Shown: one piece after another, positions 8,834 to 13,848 of the stretch
How the letters are laid out: each line of letters begins with the position of its first letter
How positions within the stretch are numbered: position 1 is the stretch's first letter
Source: Pseudomonadota bacterium
Lineage (GTDB): Bacteria > Bdellovibrionota > FAC87 > UBA2466
NCBI GenBank assembly: GCA_043767805.1
Contig: JAYUGC010000075.1
Location: 1-13,848 of the forward strand
Length of the DNA: 13,848 bases
Reading direction: 5' to 3'
Notes under the pieces: generated by a model
Told to the model about the DNA's origin: nothing
What the model saw: only the letters and a program-made list of their open reading frames with translations
Databases searched by the model: none
Program-made: the position numbers and the translations under genes

Positions 8834-8858
8834 CTTAGAGCGTAAAACCAAAAATGGC

Positions 8859-9059
8859 TTACAAGTCGGCGGCGCGAAGGGTCTTTCTGCCGTTCGCTTT
8901 GGCGCGCTCGACGCCTTTCTTGATGGCGTCCGAAACGAGAGAGCTCAAGCCCGTCACGACGTCGGAAGAGCACTTCATCTTGTTGTTACGGACGAGGTCC
9001 TTCACTTTGGACTGGACCACGTACGCCACTTTGCTGCCGCCACTTTTCTTTTTAGCCAT
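8859..9059 (-). CDS. Bacterial histone (single histone fold, short-alpha3 class, Bd0055/HLp-like) with a Lys-rich N-terminal tail, 66 aa
   Basis: VVQSKVKDLV (alpha1), MKCSSD (loop 1), a long alpha2, then ERAKANGRKTLRAADL carrying the histone RxTxxxxD signature. Recalled Bd0055 segments (VVTSKVKKLI, KGVESAKADGRKTVMARDI) align closely. AAGGGGA RBS, own promoter and terminator. Confidence 0.92.
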   Translation of the reverse strand: MAKKKSGGSKVAYVVQSKVKDLVRNNKMKCSSDVVTGLSSLVSDAIKKGVERAKANGRKTLRAADL

Positions 9060-9104
9060 GGATTCCCCTTACTTTGGATACAGGTTGAAAAGGTAGCGTC
9101 GATC

Positions 9105-9123
9105 TTAGCGGTGGGATCGCTAA
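9105..9123. promoter_or_regulatory. Operator-like inverted repeat TTAGCG-N7-CGCTAA at the predicted histone transcription start
   Basis: TTAGCG at 9105-9110 and CGCTAA at 9118-9123, abutting the predicted -10. Confidence 0.35.
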
Positions 9124-9152
9124 ATGTTAAGTGCGTTTTCTTTGCGTGTCGA
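9124..9152 (-). promoter_or_regulatory. Putative sigma70 promoter of the histone gene (TCGACA-17-TAACAT)
   Basis: Minus-strand -35 TCGACA (9152-9147), 17-nt spacer, -10 TAACAT (9129-9124). Confidence 0.55.
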
Positions 9153-9171
9153 AGTGTCGCAAGGGTATATT
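9142..9171 (+). promoter_or_regulatory. Putative divergent sigma70 promoter for the carboxypeptidase (TTGCGT-18-TATATT)
   Basis: -35 at 9142-9147 and -10 at 9166-9171. Overlaps the histone promoter. Confidence 0.35.
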
Positions 9172-9232
9172 GGCGACGAGTTCCCGCTCGTCCTTAGCTG
9201 AAAGTGGATCATTCATACCTTTTGGGGGTTTC

Positions 9233-10141
9233 ATGAAATCGCTTCTAGCCTTCTTTTTGTCCGTCCTGCTCACGTCCGCCGCTTTTGCCGCGCCGCCCAC
9301 GGGCCGTTACAAAGCCGCACTGGACGCGCTGCAACAGCTTCAGCAGGCGCATTCCGATAAGTCTGAGCTCATCAACATCGGAACGAACGACGACGGCGTG
9401 GACATCATCGGCTTGCGCGTGAGCCTCACGCCGAAGCAGGTCGACCCCCGCAAGATCGGCCACCTCGTAGTCTCGACCCATCACGGCAACGAGCAGAAGG
9501 CGACAGACTTCACCCTCGCCTTCACCGAAGATTTGCTTCGCCGCTACGACAGCAGCCGCGCGCTCTACTCGAGTAAGCTCGCGGACATCGAGTGGACCAT
9601 CATCCCCGTGCTGAACGTCTCCGGCTATAATAGCAACTCCCGTTACGAGCACGGCCAAGACTCCAACCGCGATTATCCGGGCCCGTGCTTGACCGGCAAG
9701 GGCGGACAAGTAAAAAGCATCCGTCTCATGATGGACTTCCTGAATACTCGTCCTTTCGCGGCGAGCGTCACGGTCCATGGCTACATCGGCACCATGACGT
9801 TTCCCTGGGGCGTGAACACCACCAACACGCACAGCAACGATCACAACGCTTACGATCGCATGTTCGCGCAAGCGGCGAGCTTCAACAGCTACCGTTATGG
9901 GACGTCGACGGACCTCATCTATTCCGCGGAAGGCACGTTTGAAGATTACGTGTACTGGAAGCACGGCATCTGGTCTCTGCTTCTCGAAATGCGGGATGGC
10001 GGCGCAAACGACATCAAGACGACAGTTCCGGCCATCCAGGCCTTCTTCGATCAGGTGGACTCTTCACCGAGCACGAAGAACCAGATGACCGGCAGCTGCA
10101 TCCGCGGCGCAAATTACGCCAACATCAGCCGCCTCGACTAA
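9233..10141 (+). CDS. Secreted M14 family zinc carboxypeptidase, 302 aa
   Basis: ATG at 9233 after GGGGG, signal peptide ending AAFA. HGNE (HxxE zinc ligands), IIPVLNVSG, DSNRDY, VHGY (third zinc ligand), GTFEDY and catalytic LLEM. Confidence 0.9.
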   Translation: MKSLLAFFLSVLLTSAAFAAPPTGRYKAALDALQQLQQAHSDKSELINIGTNDDGVDIIGLRVSLTPKQVDPRKIGHLVVSTHHGNEQKATDFTLAFTEDLLRRYDSSRALYSSKLADIEWTIIPVLNVSGYNSNSRYEHGQDSNRDYPGPCLTGKGGQVKSIRLMMDFLNTRPFAASVTVHGYIGTMTFPWGVNTTNTHSNDHNAYDRMFAQAASFNSYRYGTSTDLIYSAEGTFEDYVYWKHGIWSLLLEMRDGGANDIKTTVPAIQAFFDQVDSSPSTKNQMTGSCIRGANYANISRLD

Positions 10142-10142
10142 A

Positions 10143-10164
10143 TCTTAAAAGGTACCTTTTAAGA
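10143..10164. repeat. Perfect 22-bp palindrome between convergent genes
   Basis: TCTTAAAAGGTACCTTTTAAGA is its own reverse complement and overlaps the stop codon at 10159-10161. Confidence 0.8.
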
Positions 10165-11160
10165 GCCGCCGGCGAAGCAGCGGAGGAAGTCGGGGCCTCG
10201 GAAGGGGCCCTGAGCAGGACTTCTCAAGATCACTTCCCAGAAGGGCTCTTCCGTCTTTTGCCCTAGGGTTTTGCCGAACTTCGCGCGCAAGGCGCTGTCG
10301 ATGAAGCCTTCGACTATGGAGGGCGTGCCCCGCTCGTAAGGGGTCGCGTGCATCAGCAGCGCGTACGCTTGCGCCGCTCTGTCGATGAACTCAGCTTCGG
10401 AAATGTGCTTGTCGTTGATGGCAAGAGCGAGTTCCTTCATCCCTCGATTTAGCGTGGTCACGGATTCTTCCAAAGTCGGATGAAAGATGATGATGATATC
10501 GCCGAAATTGATAGCGACGCTGCCCGGGAATTCTTCTCCGAACGCCTGAAAATTACGGGTCTCTGATTTCCGCTTTCGATTGTCAGCGCTATCGTTCGCG
10601 CGCTTCAAAGCGCGCTCGTAGAACGGAGCGTGCCGAAACGCCACGTGGTCAGGATTGATCGAGAGATAGTCTTTAGTGAGGACATCCCTTTCGACGTTTC
10701 CCAAAAAGTCCCGCGGCAACTCCGCTTCGGTTCGGGGATGGGCTACGCCATAACCTTCATCCTCGCCCCGGCTTTTCGCGATGGCAGCTCTCGTACGAGC
10801 TATGCCGTCCATCCATTCAAAAACCCGCGCTTCGGTGATGGGTTGCCCCCCGGCAAGCGCTCCCTGGATTTTTCCCGAGGCCTCTTCAATCGCTTTTCCC
10901 ATCGGCTCGACGAATTTGGGATCGAATGAGTAGCCATACTTTTTCTGCACTAGAAAAAGGGCATTCGCTTTCCCGGTCGCCGCCAAGAGCGAAGGAACGG
11001 GAGCGCTCTTGGCCCGGCTCGAGACGTTCCTCTTGAGGACGTTGAACCACTGCAAGGGACTGAAGGCGGAATAGAGCGGACAAGCGGAGGCGGAGGCTGA
11101 AATTAAGAGAAGAAGACTTGCCCTCCAAAACGGTGCCCGCATCCATCCAGGATAACGCAT
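10159..11160 (-). CDS. Exported hypothetical protein with a divergent Fido/AvrB-like C-terminal motif, 333 aa
   Basis: Signal peptide (WRASLLLLISASASA|C). Helix-loop-helix AQAYALLMHATPYERGTPSIVEGFIDSAL resembles the H-x-x-P-x-x-R-G-[ST] loop I recall for AvrB-like Fido proteins. The CDS is likely real; the family call is tentative. Confidence 0.6.
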   Translation of the reverse strand: MRYPGWMRAPFWRASLLLLISASASACPLYSAFSPLQWFNVLKRNVSSRAKSAPVPSLLAATGKANALFLVQKKYGYSFDPKFVEPMGKAIEEASGKIQGALAGGQPITEARVFEWMDGIARTRAAIAKSRGEDEGYGVAHPRTEAELPRDFLGNVERDVLTKDYLSINPDHVAFRHAPFYERALKRANDSADNRKRKSETRNFQAFGEEFPGSVAINFGDIIIIFHPTLEESVTTLNRGMKELALAINDKHISEAEFIDRAAQAYALLMHATPYERGTPSIVEGFIDSALRAKFGKTLGQKTEEPFWEVILRSPAQGPFRGPDFLRCFAGGS

Positions 11161-11176
11161 CCGACGGCTAAAAAGC

Positions 11177-11854
11177 TTAAAAGAGGGGCAGAACCAGAGA
11201 GAGCAAGGAGGCCGAGATAACCGGAATGGAGAAGTTATCGTCGATGGGCAAGGGACAGAGCTCGGCGAGCACGCTCACCAGGCCACCCACCAACGCGAGT
11301 CCAACCGCACGGTTACCCGGAAGCGCGAAAACAAAGAGCGCCACCAAGAGAGTCGCGAAAGACGAAATGGCGAAATTGGCGATAGCCCCTTCCCAGCTCT
11401 TTTTTCCAATGAGCTTGTGGCGGCCATAGAGACTGCCAACCATCGCGGCTGTCGGATCGCCCAAGGCGAGATAAAGCACGCTGAGCATCACCACCGGCGC
11501 CGGGAACAAGAGCACGACGAGAAAGAGTCCCAAAATGTAGAAAGAGTTGCCCGAGACGCTTTTCAATTCCTCGCGGCGCATGAGCTTACCGCAGTACTTG
11601 AGAGTCAAAGCATTCACGGCGGGGAACCGGAGACGAACCAAATCAATGGCGATGAACAAGCCGCCAATGCTGCCCAAAGCGAGAAGCGCTTGTTCGCGGG
11701 TCAGAATGAAAGCGTAAAGGCTGAAGCAAAGCAGGCCCATTAGCGCATGGTAAAACTTGCGCTCGAAATGCGGCAGAGACCGTTCTCGGTTTAAAACAGC
11801 TAGCTTCAATTGACGGATTCCTTCAAGACGGGGGGCGCTTTGCGTGTAAGCCAT
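11177..11854 (-). CDS. CTP-dependent diacylglycerol/phytol/dolichol kinase family membrane protein, 225 aa
   Basis: RKFYH, LGDPTAAMVG..YG, KKSWEG and PIDDNFSIP motifs, with multiple TM helices. Confidence 0.9.
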   Translation of the reverse strand: MAYTQSAPRLEGIRQLKLAVLNRERSLPHFERKFYHALMGLLCFSLYAFILTREQALLALGSIGGLFIAIDLVRLRFPAVNALTLKYCGKLMRREELKSVSGNSFYILGLFLVVLLFPAPVVMLSVLYLALGDPTAAMVGSLYGRHKLIGKKSWEGAIANFAISSFATLLVALFVFALPGNRAVGLALVGGLVSVLAELCPLPIDDNFSIPVISASLLSLVLPLF

Positions 11855-11886
11855 GGTGAGTGCGGTTCCTTTAACCAGTCTTTAAG

Positions 11887-11902
11887 AGCAAGTACCGTAC
11901 CG
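11887..11902 (-). promoter_or_regulatory. Putative sigma54 (-24/-12) promoter of the lipid kinase gene
   Basis: Minus strand CGGTACGGTACTTGCT: GG (11901-11900), 10 nt, GC (11889-11888), close to TGGCACG-N4-TTGCW. Predicted start about 11876, upstream of the AAGGA RBS. Confidence 0.6.
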
Positions 11903-11927
11903 AAACGAGAACCGGGCAAATGTTTCT

Positions 11928-11940
11928 TAACCAATTGAAA
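11928..11940. promoter_or_regulatory. IHF-like binding site
   Basis: TAACCAATTGAAA has one mismatch to YAANNNNTTGATW and lies at about -52 to -64 of the sigma54 promoter. Confidence 0.45.
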
Positions 11941-12114
11941 TCATTGATCTCTATTTTAAGGTCCGGCGCGTCGATTCTTAAAAACCGCGTAAAGAACTTC
12001 GCGATTATTGAGCGTGCGCGTCCAAACCAGGCACTAAAAGTTGTGTAAAGACAAAATAGCTTCTGATTCCAATGACTAGACGTGACGCATTGTAAAAATT
12101 CACGAGAGGGGTAA

Positions 12115-12134
12115 GTGCGAAATGAATTTCGCAC
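12115..12134. promoter_or_regulatory. Perfect inverted repeat GTGCGAAAT-GA-ATTTCGCAC, likely transcription factor or enhancer site
   Basis: 9-bp arms and a 2-nt spacer (too short for an RNA loop), in the divergent intergenic region. Confidence 0.6.
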
Positions 12135-12185
12135 CTAGAGGGAGTTTGTCGTCGGTTTTCCCGTGCTAAAATGAGAGCACCCTCC

Positions 12186-13391
12186 ATGCGCGTCTCCCTC
12201 ATCCTCTGGATCGGCTGGCTTTTCTGTGTCCCGGCACGAGCTCTCGTAGTCGAACCGAGCGCCGTGCAAGCGCAACTCGACCACGCGGTTCTCGTTTCGG
12301 AGATCGAAGTGCTCGACGTTTTGGGCTCGGCCGAGCGAGACGACTCGATCACCTATCAAGCCCGCGTTCGCCTGGATCACATTCTCGAAACGAGACCCGA
12401 CGGCGCTTCGTTGCCGGCGGAAGGCGACACGATCTTTCTCCGCGGGTTGGGCGGGGAAGCGGGAGGGCTCGGCGTCTACCTGAACGGCTACCCTCGCCCG
12501 CACGTCGGGCGTCGTTATCAAGCGTATCTCGCCCGAGATGGACGGGATTTCTCCATCACCGGATTCGAGTCCGGGCTAAAGCCCATCGACGGGCTCAGAG
12601 AGTTTTCCAGAAACCGCACCGACGGAAGTAACGGCGAGGGCGACGGGCCCTTCCTTCATTGGGGGAAAAATTATCTCCCCGTTCCCTACGCCATTTCCGC
12701 CGATACTTTCCCGGGACACGCCGACTACATCGAGGCCATCGATCGCGGGTTTCAAACGTGGCAGAATCAAGAACGATCGCGCATGACGTTTGTCGCCGTC
12801 GGCTGCTCGAAGGGCGCCCGCAATCTCAACGACGGCATCAACCACGTCATTCTCATCACGAAGAGCTGGCCTTTCGATACCGCGGCCATCGCCATCACCC
12901 GCAATTTTTATCTGGCGGGAGACTCGCCTCGCGCCGGCATGATTCTGGACTCCGACATTTTACTAAACGGCGTGAATCACGACTTCACGACCTTCGCGCA
13001 ATCGGGCAAGCACGACGTGCAAAACATCCTGACTCACGAAGTGGGGCACTTCATCGGACTGGGTCACGAAGTAACGCCGTTTAACAGCGACGCCGCCATG
13101 TTCGCGCAAGCCTCTCCGAACGAACTGAAAAAGCGGACCTTGAAGGCCAACGACGTGGGAGGGCTGCTCGCCGCGTATGAAGGCCCCGGCGAAAAGACGA
13201 CGCCCTCCCCTGGCCCGAGCTGCATCATCCGGGACAGTACCGCCGCGAGTTGTCTGGCGACTCATCAACCCGACACCCGTCCTCCGAGCCTGGGATGGAT
13301 GGTGGCGCTTGCCGCTCTGGCCCTCGTGGTTCGGCTCATCGGCCGCCGGGTCACTCGCCAGCCGGTTAAGATTCGCCGAGACGAGCCTTAA
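12186..13391 (+). CDS. Matrixin (M10-like metzincin) metalloprotease with a C-terminal membrane anchor; start at 12186 or 12171
   Basis: Signal peptide ending ARA, ILDSDILLN, HEVGHFIGLGH zinc motif (13035-13067), Met-turn AAMFA, and C-terminal Cys residues followed by a TM helix and an Arg-rich tail. TGCTAAAAT (extended -10, 12164-12172) overlaps the first ATG, which favours 12186. Confidence 0.9.
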   Translation: MRVSLILWIGWLFCVPARALVVEPSAVQAQLDHAVLVSEIEVLDVLGSAERDDSITYQARVRLDHILETRPDGASLPAEGDTIFLRGLGGEAGGLGVYLNGYPRPHVGRRYQAYLARDGRDFSITGFESGLKPIDGLREFSRNRTDGSNGEGDGPFLHWGKNYLPVPYAISADTFPGHADYIEAIDRGFQTWQNQERSRMTFVAVGCSKGARNLNDGINHVILITKSWPFDTAAIAITRNFYLAGDSPRAGMILDSDILLNGVNHDFTTFAQSGKHDVQNILTHEVGHFIGLGHEVTPFNSDAAMFAQASPNELKKRTLKANDVGGLLAAYEGPGEKTTPSPGPSCIIRDSTAASCLATHQPDTRPPSLGWMVALAALALVVRLIGRRVTRQPVKIRRDEP

Positions 13392-13457
13392 CCCCTCGGC
13401 TTTGTTGACACCCCGTCCATTCTCAGTGGTCCCTGAAGGGATTTTCTTCATCTCAAA

Positions 13458-13654
13458 GGCATGAAGATGTGGTGAGAGTAGTTCAGCTGCTCTCAACCCA
13501 CCGGCGAGACAGACATCGCCAAAGTGAGGGACGTGCCCGAATCCGAAATCCTCGGGCAAGTAAATGCCTCCGAGTAGTTTGCCTCGCTGGTTCAGCCGGT
13601 AAAACTGAGATCTACCGTACGTGCCTAGCGGCTGAACTACACGCTACTTCAGCC
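13458..13654 (+). ncRNA. Structured ~190-nt rod-like ncRNA, 6S RNA-like
   Basis: Hand folding gives a closing stem 13478-13491/13627-13640 (14 bp, 1 GU) extended by 13458-13474/13642-13654, an asymmetric central bubble, an inner stem 13500-13514/13577-13591, GAGG/CCTC, and an apical stem 13534-13540/13552-13558. GU pairs favour the + strand. TTGACA lies upstream at 13405-13410, but with no convincing -10. Confidence 0.55.
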
Positions 13655-13848
13655 CGGCCATCTCGGTCTTGGCCTTGGGAGTAAGGGAGCTCTTGGGGAA
13701 GCGATCAATGAGCTCTTGGTAGAAGAGTTTCGCTTCGCGGTTCTTCTTGAGACTGCGAAACGCGTTGGCCTGACGGTAGGTGGCCTTCGGAACGAGATCG
13801 TCGTTGGGATACCGCTTTTTGAAATCTCCGAACTCGAGGGCCGCCGCG
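13644..13848 (-). CDS. cpoB: C-terminal TPR part of cell division coordinator CpoB/YbgF (Tol-Pal associated), partial
   Basis: Missing from the ORF track. Translates AAALEFGDFKKRYPNDDLVPKATYRQANAFRSLKKNREAKLFYQELIDRFPKSSLTPKAKTEMAGLK*, with the paired YP/FPxS TPR turns typical of YbgF. Stop TAG at 13646-13644. Confidence 0.8.
   Translation of the reverse strand, partial: AAALEFGDFKKRYPNDDLVPKATYRQANAFRSLKKNREAKLFYQELIDRFPKSSLTPKAKTEMAGLK

Noticed and set aside
7732..8973. 413-aa version of the GNAT ORF
   Set aside because: The extension overlaps the histone gene in another frame and crosses the terminator. ATG 8787 has a GGAGGT RBS.
9131..9232. Upstream start of the carboxypeptidase
   Set aside because: Falls in the promoter region. 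ATG 9233 has an RBS and a signal peptide.
12029..12045. Plus-strand sigma54-like AGGCACTAAAAGTTGT
   Set aside because: No GC at the required GG-N10 position.
11871..12134. 87-aa minus-strand ORF in the intergenic region
   Set aside because: No motif, atypical composition, and it overlaps predicted regulatory sites.
13458..13654. Retron msr-msd, hammerhead, SRP, RNase P or riboswitch identity for the RNA
   Set aside because: No reverse transcriptase nearby, GAAA/CTGAGA lack hammerhead stems, no SRP or RNase P signatures, and no downstream gene on the + strand to regulate.
13469..13684. 71-aa ORF over the structured RNA
   Set aside because: No protein features, overlaps cpoB antisense, and is better explained by RNA structure.
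1..13848. CRISPR array, tRNA, rRNA, transposase or prophage genes
   Set aside because: No regularly spaced repeats, cloverleaf or such protein motifs seen. The Pro-rich repeats are coding low complexity.

Overview
GC-rich bacterial chromosomal window. The gene content (Bd0055/HLp-like histone, UbiB kinase, many secreted hydrolases, multi-copy-type HNH remnant) suggests Bdellovibrionota or a related former deltaproteobacterium; this is an inference. In order: an HNH remnant with an in-frame TGA, an alpha/beta hydrolase, a Pro-rich lipoprotein, an AMIN-like secreted protein, an rnr-ubiB-START-like operon, an Eis-like tandem GNAT acetyltransferase, a 66-aa bacterial histone, an M14 carboxypeptidase, a secreted AvrB/Fido-like protein, a CTP-dependent lipid kinase, a matrixin protease, a ~190-nt structured 6S-like ncRNA and the 3' end of cpoB/ybgF. 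The best candidate for a new system is the histone, which has a Lys-rich N-terminal tail (AKKKSGGSK). It lies directly upstream of, and co-oriented with, the GNAT acetyltransferase, with an intrinsic terminator ending 6 nt before the GNAT RBS. This is a possible bacterial histone/histone-acetyltransferase module. All family calls come from motif recognition by eye; no searches or folding programs were run.
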